Shown: positions 27,826 through 36,392 of the stretch, in pieces | Layout: every line of letters begins with the position of its first letter | Numbering within the stretch: position 1 is the first letter of the stretch | Origin: a virus | Taxonomy: Duplodnaviria; Caudoviricetes | Strand: one strand, 5' to 3' | Virus record (IMG/VR): IMGVR_UViG_3300023174_000201 | Location: 1 to 55,810 of that record | Length of the DNA stretch: 55,810 nucleotides | The notes under the pieces: generated by a model | What the model saw: the letters and a program-made list of their open reading frames with translations, nothing else | Told to the model about the DNA's origin: nothing | The model's database searches: none | Made by a program: the position numbers and the translations under genes

Positions 27826-28073
27826 ACCCCCTTCAACTTCGTCTGCTTTCATATCTATTACAGCGTGAAGCACAAGATGAAGTGACTATGTTTGAAGCCG
27901 AATTCAAACAACGAGTTTTTGCTGCCAGTCCAAGTATTTACCGTCAAATGTTTGGCGAAGATGAATCGGAACAATACCTAGATCCGTCTGAGGTTAAGAA
28001 CGTAGTTCCTCAAAGCGACGAAGAGTTTCAAGCTATGATGAAAGAACTAAAGGGCTTTGGTATTGGGCTATAG
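27711..28073 (+). CDS. -1 frameshift extension of the tail assembly chaperone (gpGT-like, about 260-aa fusion)
   Basis: A-AAT-TTA heptamer at 27711-27717. The -1 frame is open from 27681 to TAG 28073 and contains the listed ORF 27882..28073. Confidence 0.8.
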   Translation, partial: KFITRESDYLYGLARLFDRQGRFNTVGDTGHVGGGGGLNPLQLRLLSYLLQREAQDEVTMFEAEFKQRVFAASPSIYRQMFGEDESEQYLDPSEVKNVVPQSDEEFQAMMKELKGFGIGL

Positions 28074-28388
28074 TCGATCTGGAGAATTAGAGATGTTTCC
28101 GCCAGCGTTGCAGCGACAATTGTGTTTACAACGACAGGTTTTGATTGAAATCAAAGAGTCGTCCATGTCATGCTGAATTCGATCTGAAACAGAAATAAGC
28201 CCTCCCAGTGTTACATTGAAGCCACGAACCACAAATGCAGGAACCATCATAAACGCGATGAGAGAACAGCCTAATATTCCTCCAATGCTAAATTCTCCCT
28301 TTTTGCCATTGTCGTCTTTGCTTAATTGCATATAAGCGCCAACGGGGATACATACAAACAACCAGTAGATAAATGCTAATGCGATCAT
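28068..28388 (-). CDS. Small membrane protein (two hydrophobic segments, Cys-rich tail), antisense moron-like gene
   Basis: IALAFIYWLFVCIPVGAYM and IGGILGCSLIAFMMVPAFVV; TCRCKHNCRC; has its own promoter-like sequence. Confidence 0.65.
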   Translation of the reverse strand: MIALAFIYWLFVCIPVGAYMQLSKDDNGKKGEFSIGGILGCSLIAFMMVPAFVVRGFNVTLGGLISVSDRIQHDMDDSLISIKTCRCKHNCRCNAGGNISNSPDRL

Positions 28389-28395
28389 ACGTATA

Positions 28396-28424
28396 ATTGT
28401 AGCGCATCTCTAATGCAATGACAA
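28396..28424 (-). promoter_or_regulatory. Sigma70/SigA-type promoter giving a leaderless transcript
   Basis: Minus strand: TTGTCA-N17-TACAAT, then 7 nt, then ATG 28388; no SD. Confidence 0.7.
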
Positions 28425-28524
28425 GAGAATTTTAACAACCGCAATTTTGCAAATAAAAAGTGACAAGTTGTGATTGTACTCACGATTGTAGCGCACCTGA
28501 CCCCTAATTATTAAGAGAACTTTT

Positions 28525-30957
28525 ATGCCTGAAAAAACTCCCAAGATTAAAGCTCAATTAATTAGCATTGACAATTCGGTATTAACTGATATTGCCAAAG
28601 CTCAATCTATGGCCATGCAGAATTTTTCTGGGGAGTTAGATCAAATTGCAAGCAGCATTAGTATTTTGGAAGAAACAATTCCAAAAGCAATGATGGATGC
28701 CATGAAGCATTTTACAAATGAGTTTATTAAAAGCAATGCGGCGCAGCAACCAAAAGTTCCCACGGGTGGCATTTCGGCCTCAGCATCTGAGGCAACAAAA
28801 GCCAGTCCAACCGGCGATCATCAAACGACTGCTACGGGCACTACAAGCCCTACTCCAATAGCCTCTACAGGCCCTACAAGCCCTACGCCTGTTAACTCAT
28901 TAACAAGTACTTTTAAATCAGGAGAGGGGCCTCTTAAAAGTATAAGAAAATTAGAAGCAATGGGTCCGGGTAGTGGAGCCGAAAGCGTGGGCCAACTAAG
29001 CGATCAATCTATTGAAGGACTTGGTACAGTTGGTGCAGACATTGAAGCTTTAAAAGGTGCCCGTCGAGAGGTTGCAAGGTTTAGTAAAACGCCTAGAAGT
29101 AAACTAGGCAAGGCGGTTACAGCTTTAGAAAGCGTTGCGGGCGGAGAATGGAACGGGGGCCTTGGAGACAAAATTTTAGACAAAGTTGTGGGTAAAAAAG
29201 TTAAAAAAGAACAGCCCAATGTTGAAGAGCAACCCAATGTTGAAGTTTCTGCCGCTGCTGGAGGAAAGGGAGGAGGTCGCGGAAAAAAACCCACGATAAA
29301 AACCGGTGGAACGGCTGATGGTGAAGAAGGTGAAGGCGGCGGCCCTGACGAATTTAAAGCACCAGAAAAAGGACGATTTATTCCAAGGTTTGGAGATCAA
29401 AGGTATACTTCTCAAGATTACGGCAAACTAAGTAGCGATTTATTGACAGGCGCGGCAAAAAGAGTTGCGGGTCGTGGAAAAGCTGATGAAGCAACGGGAA
29501 CTACCACTGGAGATTTGCTTAGTAGAGGGTTTACTTCCGGTTCTAAAATTATAGATCGGGTGTCAGATGACGTTCTTCCCGTTGGTCGCATGGCAATGGA
29601 CGCTTATAGGCAAACTGGAGTATCAAAAGTTCTTGGATCTGGCCCTATGGAATTTGCAAAGACCAATGTGGCTCTTGGTACGCAACAAGGTGTAGATCCG
29701 GGAACTGGGGACCTTGAAGTTGGAGGATTTGGCGTTCGTTTAAATTCAATGTTATTCAATCAAGCCGGGCGCGAAGGCGCAAAAATGAAATTGATGGCTC
29801 TTAAAGATGCAAGGGGGGCAGGAATTAACGCTCAACAGTCAATGGATAATATGAAAGCTGTCTCTGGTTTAGGATATAACGAAGGCACGGAACGCTTTGA
29901 TCGGGCCAAATCTTCTCTTGATTTGGTTCAACAGCAATATGGAGAGGTTACGCCTCAAGACGTTCAATTACTGGATTTAACAACAAGGTATTCTCCTAAA
30001 GGTCCCGGTGCCGCACTAAGCGATTTTAATAATTTACAAACTCAAACTTTTAAAAACAGACAGTATGTACCTTTAGATTTTAAAGATGCAAAGGCTGATC
30101 AAATGGAGATGGCGCAATATTCTAGAACTGTAGGTGGAACGGCCATGCAGGGGGCGCAAACGGCTCAGCATATTGAACTTGCTACGGGTATGCAGGCAAG
30201 AGAAACTAAGCCAATTATGCAAAGTGGATTTTATCAAGCCAACCTAGCCTTGCAATCTGGTCTCATGCCTTATCAAGCCGGTTTGGCAACTACAGGAGAA
30301 ACCGTTTCAGCTTTAAGAAAAAGCATCAAAGATGTTAAAGATGCTGCGCCCGAGGGTGACATTATACGAAAAGATAAATATGGTCAAACCGTTGTTACAA
30401 AGGCAGAAGACAGCAAACGGGCTTTTGCCGCTGGTCAGCTTGGCATTAGTCCTGAACAAATGGCGACCGTCGAATCTGGTTTGGCAAAGACCGAAGCGGC
30501 AGAAAATGTTCAATCTGGTTTAGAAGTAAAAACTCCGCTTAAAAAGAGCGTTTGGCAAAGCATGAGCAAAGATTTGAAAACGTCTGGATACGATAAGAAC
30601 AGAATTAAAGCTATCGAAGAGGCAGGTAAAAGCGATAAGGGTATTGGCGGAACAAAAGAGGCAAAAGAAGCAATGGTTGCAAAAATTAAAGAATTTGAAG
30701 GCCAAGATACCAAAAAACTGCGCGACAGTGGCATTGATCTTCCCGGTCAGGATAAAAGAGATGGTGGTGGCGGAAATCAAGCAAGTGTTGGAGGCGTTAC
30801 AATTGAATTGAAAGGCTCGGCTGCTGATTTGTTTAAAATTAAATCACAAGAAAGTAAAGCTCATTCAGATGGCGGTGGAAAGTCTACTGCTCAGGCGGAG
30901 CTTGAAAATCGCTCTAAGACCAAGGGTGACATGGCTAGCAACCTAGTATCTAATTAA
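28525..30957 (+). CDS. Tape measure protein (putative)
   Basis: 810-aa Ala/Gly/Lys/Gln-rich helical protein after the frameshifted chaperone; called mainly by position. Confidence 0.7.
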   Translation: MPEKTPKIKAQLISIDNSVLTDIAKAQSMAMQNFSGELDQIASSISILEETIPKAMMDAMKHFTNEFIKSNAAQQPKVPTGGISASASEATKASPTGDHQTTATGTTSPTPIASTGPTSPTPVNSLTSTFKSGEGPLKSIRKLEAMGPGSGAESVGQLSDQSIEGLGTVGADIEALKGARREVARFSKTPRSKLGKAVTALESVAGGEWNGGLGDKILDKVVGKKVKKEQPNVEEQPNVEVSAAAGGKGGGRGKKPTIKTGGTADGEEGEGGGPDEFKAPEKGRFIPRFGDQRYTSQDYGKLSSDLLTGAAKRVAGRGKADEATGTTTGDLLSRGFTSGSKIIDRVSDDVLPVGRMAMDAYRQTGVSKVLGSGPMEFAKTNVALGTQQGVDPGTGDLEVGGFGVRLNSMLFNQAGREGAKMKLMALKDARGAGINAQQSMDNMKAVSGLGYNEGTERFDRAKSSLDLVQQQYGEVTPQDVQLLDLTTRYSPKGPGAALSDFNNLQTQTFKNRQYVPLDFKDAKADQMEMAQYSRTVGGTAMQGAQTAQHIELATGMQARETKPIMQSGFYQANLALQSGLMPYQAGLATTGETVSALRKSIKDVKDAAPEGDIIRKDKYGQTVVTKAEDSKRAFAAGQLGISPEQMATVESGLAKTEAAENVQSGLEVKTPLKKSVWQSMSKDLKTSGYDKNRIKAIEEAGKSDKGIGGTKEAKEAMVAKIKEFEGQDTKKLRDSGIDLPGQDKRDGGGGNQASVGGVTIELKGSAADLFKIKSQESKAHSDGGGKSTAQAELENRSKTKGDMASNLVSN

Positions 30958-30969
30958 TAAATTAATCTA

Positions 30970-31698
30970 ATGACTAATTCAGAACTAATCTTTACTCATC
31001 CTGCAATGACTAACAGGCCATTGGTTATTCCAATTCGTCCCGATCAGATTACATGGTCATATGGACTTAATACTCAAACTTATCCAACTTTTGACGGCGA
31101 AGTTGTACAAATTCTTTCAATGTATGTTGGCGATATGCAAATCAATGGAACGGTATCAACATATAAGCAAATGGAAGACATTTATAGTTGGTTTATTCAA
31201 TATATGCAAAATGCAACTCAGGGTGGCAGAGGAAGGGTTTCTAAACAATATGACAGTCGCCCTGTTGAAATGCACTACTTGTATCGTGGATGGAAATTTG
31301 ATATCTACCCCAAAAGTTTACCCGGATTTAGATATGGAAAAGAAGTGGTCGCTCCAACTTGGCAACTAACCGCAGCAATTTCTGAGTATAGCGACAATTT
31401 TAGAGATTCCGTTCTTTCAGAGCAGATGTTTGCTGGTGAGGCGGCTGCAAGTGGGTTTGAACCATTCGGAACGGCAACTGGGGAAATTGGATATGAGGAA
31501 AGCAACCCTTGGAGCGCACCAGACGCAAATAAAGCCACCAGAGACGCTCAATTAAAAAAACTTGAAGATCACCTTGTTAATTTGATTCCAACTTATTTAG
31601 ACGGGTCTTTTAAAGATCTTGAATCATCCTATTCTCAACCTCATATTAAGGCCCCTGAAAAAAATGGAAAAGAAAATAAAACTGAGAAGGCAAAGTAA
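30970..31698 (+). CDS. Baseplate / tail tube initiator-like protein
   Basis: RPDQITWSYGLNTQTYPTFDGEVVQILS pattern; position after the tape measure gene. Confidence 0.55.
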   Translation: MTNSELIFTHPAMTNRPLVIPIRPDQITWSYGLNTQTYPTFDGEVVQILSMYVGDMQINGTVSTYKQMEDIYSWFIQYMQNATQGGRGRVSKQYDSRPVEMHYLYRGWKFDIYPKSLPGFRYGKEVVAPTWQLTAAISEYSDNFRDSVLSEQMFAGEAAASGFEPFGTATGEIGYEESNPWSAPDANKATRDAQLKKLEDHLVNLIPTYLDGSFKDLESSYSQPHIKAPEKNGKENKTEKAK

Positions 31699-31706
31699 AA
31701 CTTTAA

Positions 31707-32555
31707 ATGAGCGAAACCCCTTATAAAGATAAAAAATCGTATCCTGTTGGCCCAAACAGTATTTTAAATAATCCCATTGATACGGGTTATGGTGTTACGA
31801 CGCCTAATATTTCTGCTGATAAAAGTTCGTCATGGAATGTGCTTCTTGAAACAAACGAAGGGGTTTATATCAAATTATGGGCTGAAGATATACAAATGGA
31901 TTTTGCAATGGCTGGTTCAACTGGACAGAGCCGATTTAGAAATCAGTTTTATCCAAAATCTTTTAATCAACCTAAATTACAAGTTTCAGGCAGAATGCCA
32001 AATCAATATGAATATAATAGATTAGCTAATTTTGTTAGAGAAAATCATATGCAGGTGCTTTCGGGTGTAGAAGTTAAAGCTCCAATTGGACAGCAAACAG
32101 TTCAAGCTCCAGTTATTAAATTATTTATTAGAGGAAATTCATTAAAAACTTATAAAAATGTCAAAGGTGGTCATAAAGCTCATTCATTTGAAGGGTACAT
32201 TTCAAACATTCAAGCTGGAGCAATCAAATTTAATTTTGCTCCGGAGTTCAAATTTGAATTTATTCCACTCAAATCAAAATTTAATGGACAGTATGGATTA
32301 TATGACGATCAACTTTTAACTAAAGGGATTCAAATTTTAAGTTATATGGATTTATTTAATAAAAATAAAAAAGCTTGGGGTGTTCAAGAGGCTGACGATT
32401 TTGCCGCTCAAGATGCTGAAGTGTTACGTAGGGCGCGTGAAGAAGGAAATGCGCTTGATCCCGGTTTAGCCCCCTCAGTAGAACCACCGCCCGCCTCAGA
32501 CGAATTAAATCCTCCAGAAAATACAGATTCAAGCAATTTAGATCGAATTCAATGA
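31707..32555 (+). CDS. Baseplate-associated tail protein (putative)
   Basis: Position between the tube-initiator-like gene and the hub genes; overlaps the next start (ATGA). Confidence 0.5.
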   Translation: MSETPYKDKKSYPVGPNSILNNPIDTGYGVTTPNISADKSSSWNVLLETNEGVYIKLWAEDIQMDFAMAGSTGQSRFRNQFYPKSFNQPKLQVSGRMPNQYEYNRLANFVRENHMQVLSGVEVKAPIGQQTVQAPVIKLFIRGNSLKTYKNVKGGHKAHSFEGYISNIQAGAIKFNFAPEFKFEFIPLKSKFNGQYGLYDDQLLTKGIQILSYMDLFNKNKKAWGVQEADDFAAQDAEVLRRAREEGNALDPGLAPSVEPPPASDELNPPENTDSSNLDRIQ

Positions 32556-33898
32556 AAAGATTAGTTTATGCGCCGCAAATCAATGTTTGGGTAAAATCAG
32601 ATACGGGAATTTTTGATTTAAGCTCCTATGTTACCTCGTTTAACGTTCATAGACGAGTAAATGCAGTCAGCGCTGCGGAAGTTACATTTCGTAATCCAAA
32701 AGTTGAAGGCCTTGATGGAGAGCCTCGATTTATGTTTACTCAACATCCGGTGTCAAATGAGGGCAAATCCATTTCATATGAACCCATGTTTCATCCCATG
32801 GATCCCATTATTATTACTTTAACTAGGTTGAAAGGTTACCCAGTTCAAGTTTTTACTGGTTACTGTGATACTACGCCTTATGTTCAAATGTATCCGGGTA
32901 CTGCAAAGATAACCGCGTCCTGTACTTTAAAACGACTTAAATATACCTATTGGGATCCGGGCCTACCTTTTGTTTATGAGTATTTGGCTGCCCTCGGATG
33001 GATACCCGGTAAGGATGGCGGATTGGTGTTTAATCCAACGGCGGAAGCCGTAACCACAGCCACCGGAGATTTGGGATATGACAATTTAACCGATTCGTCT
33101 TTTGGGCACCTTGTTTATCGAATTTTACAAGACGTTGGAGGTTGGAATCATAATGACATTTACGTTCAAGGATTACCGGCTGAAGCAATTGATAAAATTG
33201 TTGATGGTATTTATAATGATTTAACTGGCGATGCCAAAGCCAATTTTAAAGATGTTAGTAAATTTTTAAGGAAAGTTATTGGTACTACCACTGTCGGTGG
33301 TGCGGTTAGTGGAGGGGATGCAGGAAATACTGGAAATACCGGAGGCGGTGGAGACGATACTGGTGCTGGCGGAGGTGGAGGAAATGAACCAAGTCATATG
33401 AACAAATTTATTCCTAGAAATGGCAACGGAAGAAATTATTGGGGCGACCGACCGGGAGATCCTAAAATTATTGTTTTACATGCCACAGAAGGAACCAATT
33501 TAACTGGAACCACAGACCTTGATATTCTCAAACAAGTTTTGATGGAACAAGGTCTGTCGGTTCACGTTGGAATTGATGGCGAAGGAAATTCTGCTAAATA
33601 TGTTAATGGCAGTAAAAAAGCATATCACGTTGCTGCATATAATGGCGTGGCCCTTGGCATTGAACAAATTGGCTCATCAGATCAAACTTCATGGCCCGAT
33701 AAACAAGTAAATAAAGCCGCTGAATGGATTGCTTATTGGTCAAAGGAATATAACATTCCAATTCAAAGGTCTACATCTAGAGGGGTGTGCAGTCACGCCG
33801 ACTTAGGAGATCGGGGAGGTAATCACGGAGATCCGGGGTCTGGTTATCCTTGGGATAAAGTATTAAAAAAGGCTAAAGAAATTAGAGACAGTCAATGA
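32552..33898 (+). CDS. Baseplate hub N-terminal half, paralog 1, with C-terminal Zn N-acetylmuramoyl-L-alanine amidase (Amidase_2)
   Basis: Shared ~250-aa MKRLVYAPQ... domain, Gly linker, then IIVLHATEG...SVH...AYHVAAYN...GIEQ...SHADL...HGDPG. Confidence 0.85.
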   Translation: MKRLVYAPQINVWVKSDTGIFDLSSYVTSFNVHRRVNAVSAAEVTFRNPKVEGLDGEPRFMFTQHPVSNEGKSISYEPMFHPMDPIIITLTRLKGYPVQVFTGYCDTTPYVQMYPGTAKITASCTLKRLKYTYWDPGLPFVYEYLAALGWIPGKDGGLVFNPTAEAVTTATGDLGYDNLTDSSFGHLVYRILQDVGGWNHNDIYVQGLPAEAIDKIVDGIYNDLTGDAKANFKDVSKFLRKVIGTTTVGGAVSGGDAGNTGNTGGGGDDTGAGGGGGNEPSHMNKFIPRNGNGRNYWGDRPGDPKIIVLHATEGTNLTGTTDLDILKQVLMEQGLSVHVGIDGEGNSAKYVNGSKKAYHVAAYNGVALGIEQIGSSDQTSWPDKQVNKAAEWIAYWSKEYNIPIQRSTSRGVCSHADLGDRGGNHGDPGSGYPWDKVLKKAKEIRDSQ

Positions 33899-35058
33899 AA
33901 AGGTTAGTTTATGCACCACAAGTCAATGTTTGGATTAAAACAGAAACCGGAATTTTTGATTTAAGCCCTTACGTTACTGATTTCTCAATTCATCGAAAAG
34001 TTGATGCTATAAGTTCGGCATCAATTACATTTCGTAATCCAAAAGTTGAAGGTTCTGATGGAGAACCTAGGTTTATGTTCACGCAGCATCCGGTGTCAAA
34101 TGTCAATGGTGACATTTCATATAAACCGATGTTTTATCCAATGGACCCAATTATTATTACTTTAACTAGGTTGAAAGGTTACCCAGTTCAAGTTTTTACT
34201 GGTTACTGTGATAAAACCCCTTACATACAACTGTATCCGGGCGTAAGTCAATTGACGGCCTCTTGTAGTTTAAAGAAATTAAAATACACTTATTGGGATC
34301 CGGGTTTGCCTTTTGTTTATGATTATTTAAAATCCCTTGGTTGGATTCCGTCAAAAGACGGCGGATTGGCGTATAATCCAAAAACTATGAACAATGTTCC
34401 TGACAGCACGTTATTAAACGATAGTTCTTTTGGACATTTAGTTTATCGAATTTTACAAGATATCGGAGGTTGGGATCATAACGATATTTATGTTCAAGGA
34501 TTGCCTAGTTCAGCAATTAATAACATTGTTGATGGTATTTACACTGATTTAACTGGCGATGCCAAAGCCAATTTTAAAGATGTAAAAGATTTTCTTAATA
34601 AGGTTATTGGTACAACAACTGTTGGTGGTGCTGCCGGAGGCGGAAATAATTCAGGAAACACTGGAGGTGGAGGTGGCGCTGCGGGAACCAGTAATCTTCC
34701 GCCTTATGCTGGAGAGCAAGGCAAGCTCACGCCATCTGAAGCAAAGGCCGCTGCTAGGTCGATGCTTAAAGATTTTGGTTGGCCGGAAAGTGAATTTTCG
34801 CCACTTGAAAGTTTATGGGAGCATGAATCTAATTGGAAGTGGGATGCGCTAAATAGCAGTTCTGGAGCGTATGGCATCCCGCAATCTAAACCGGCAAATA
34901 AAATGGGAAGGCGGTCAGAAGGAGGAGGCCCAGATTATTTGACTAATGCGGTGACTCAAATAAAGTGGGGACTAACATATATTAAAAATAGATCCGATTA
35001 CGGTTCGCCCTCGGCTGCTTGGGATAAATGGCAGTCTAGAAATCCACATTGGTATTAA
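33895..35058 (+). CDS. Baseplate hub N-terminal half, paralog 2, with C-terminal lytic transglycosylase (SLT-like)
   Basis: Same N-terminal domain; LWEHESNW...NSSSGAYGIPQS.P..KM...TQIKWGLTYI..RSDYGSP..AW...WY, an actinobacterial-type SLT signature. Confidence 0.88.
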   Translation: MKRLVYAPQVNVWIKTETGIFDLSPYVTDFSIHRKVDAISSASITFRNPKVEGSDGEPRFMFTQHPVSNVNGDISYKPMFYPMDPIIITLTRLKGYPVQVFTGYCDKTPYIQLYPGVSQLTASCSLKKLKYTYWDPGLPFVYDYLKSLGWIPSKDGGLAYNPKTMNNVPDSTLLNDSSFGHLVYRILQDIGGWDHNDIYVQGLPSSAINNIVDGIYTDLTGDAKANFKDVKDFLNKVIGTTTVGGAAGGGNNSGNTGGGGGAAGTSNLPPYAGEQGKLTPSEAKAAARSMLKDFGWPESEFSPLESLWEHESNWKWDALNSSSGAYGIPQSKPANKMGRRSEGGGPDYLTNAVTQIKWGLTYIKNRSDYGSPSAAWDKWQSRNPHWY

Positions 35059-35059
35059 A

Positions 35060-36346
35060 ATGAAAAGATTAGTTTACGCGCCACAGGTTAACGTTTGGAT
35101 TAAAACGGACACAGGAATTTTTGATTTAAGTTCTTACATTACAGATTTTTCAGTTCATAGACAAGTGAATGCAATTAGTTCTGCACAAATAAAATTTCGT
35201 AATCCTAAAGCTGAGGGACCTGATGGAGAGCCACGTTTTATGTTCACGCAACACCCTACGTCAAATGCAGACGGGACGACTTCTTATAGTCCTATGTTTC
35301 ATCCAATGGATCCAATTGTTATTAGCTTAACTAGATTAAAAGGTTATCCGGTGCAAGTTTTTACCGGTTACTGTGATTCTTCACCATATGTTCAATTGTA
35401 TCCCGGATTAGCTCAAATGACGGCTTCTTGTAGTTTAAAGAAACTTAAACATACTTATTGGGATCCGGGGCTACCTTTTGTTTCTGATTATTTAGAGGCC
35501 TTGGGTTGGAAGCCAACTAAAGATGGCGGATTAACTTTTAATCCAACGGCGGAACAGTCGGCTAATTCTGGAGTGACAGACACATCTTTTGCATATTTAA
35601 TTTATAGAATTCTTCAAGACGTTGGAGGTTGGAATCATAATGACATTTACGTTCAGGGGCTACCATCTGAAGCCATACAAACCATTGTTACGGGAATTTA
35701 TACGCAATTAACTGGGGATGCCAAGGCCAATTTTAAAGATGTTAGTAGTTTTCTTGACAAAGTAATTGGGGCCACAACCGTTGGTGGTGCCGCCGGTAAT
35801 GCTAGCGGTGGCGGAGGAGGCGGAGGTGTTTCACCAAATACGGGTACAAATGATACAAGTGGCGACAACGGGATATTAGGCGGACCATTTCCAGTTGGAC
35901 AAGAAAAAGTTATTACCGCCACCACCTTTTATAGGGGACCGGATATGGGAGGCGCTTTTAAATATTCCGGATTTCGTACCCCGGACGGTGTTATTCCCGG
36001 TGGTGAGTATCCGGGAACTACTCCCAATCGCGGTCATTGGTGGGCAGAACCATCGGTTAATCCAGATGTTGTTGATGGCAGCGCAATGGGAAACCTTCCC
36101 GCTGGCACCCCTGTTAAAATTACATATAAAGGTAAATCAATTATTGCTAGAAAAGCAGATATTGGCGCAGGAGGATCAACGCCTATGGGTGGACACCCAG
36201 ATTGTATGGATATTTTTGAACATGGTGCCCGCACCCTTGGATTAACTCCAGACGTAGGCGGGGTAGGTAAAGATGTTGTTAAAGTTACCGTGCTTAATGA
36301 AACTATGGTCAAAGAATTAAGAAGAACAAATAAGGTAATTTGGTAA
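35060..36346 (+). CDS. Baseplate hub N-terminal half, paralog 3, with C-terminal RlpA-like double-psi beta-barrel
   Basis: Same N-terminal domain; ATTFY...LPAGTPVKITYKGKSIIARKADIG...MDIFEHGARTLG. Confidence 0.78.
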   Translation: MKRLVYAPQVNVWIKTDTGIFDLSSYITDFSVHRQVNAISSAQIKFRNPKAEGPDGEPRFMFTQHPTSNADGTTSYSPMFHPMDPIVISLTRLKGYPVQVFTGYCDSSPYVQLYPGLAQMTASCSLKKLKHTYWDPGLPFVSDYLEALGWKPTKDGGLTFNPTAEQSANSGVTDTSFAYLIYRILQDVGGWNHNDIYVQGLPSEAIQTIVTGIYTQLTGDAKANFKDVSSFLDKVIGATTVGGAAGNASGGGGGGGVSPNTGTNDTSGDNGILGGPFPVGQEKVITATTFYRGPDMGGAFKYSGFRTPDGVIPGGEYPGTTPNRGHWWAEPSVNPDVVDGSAMGNLPAGTPVKITYKGKSIIARKADIGAGGSTPMGGHPDCMDIFEHGARTLGLTPDVGGVGKDVVKVTVLNETMVKELRRTNKVIW

Positions 36347-36368
36347 TTATTAAATTTTATAAAAATCA

Positions 36369-36377
36369 CACAGTTAA
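36369..36377 (+). promoter_or_regulatory. CACAGTTAA, copy of the candidate late promoter motif
   Basis: Sits in the only sizeable gap of the hub locus, 7 nt before ATG 36385. Confidence 0.5.
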
Positions 36378-36392
36378 TAGAGAGATGGCAAT

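Larger units (their letters stand above)
32552..35790 (+). repeat. Three diverged direct copies of a ~750-bp hub-coding segment
   Basis: Copies start at 32552, 33895 and 35060. Exact blocks include 64 bp (32807-32870 = 34150-34213) and 41 bp (33128-33168 = 35615-35655). Confidence 0.92.

Noticed and set aside
27882-28073. Independent 63-aa gene
   Set aside because: No SD at a usable distance; its frame extends upstream to the slippery heptamer, so it is better explained as the frameshift extension.
32552-36346. Shufflon / invertase-driven switching of the hub enzyme tips
   Set aside because: All copies are full-length, directly oriented genes with their own starts; no inverted crossover sites or recombinase gene were seen in the window.
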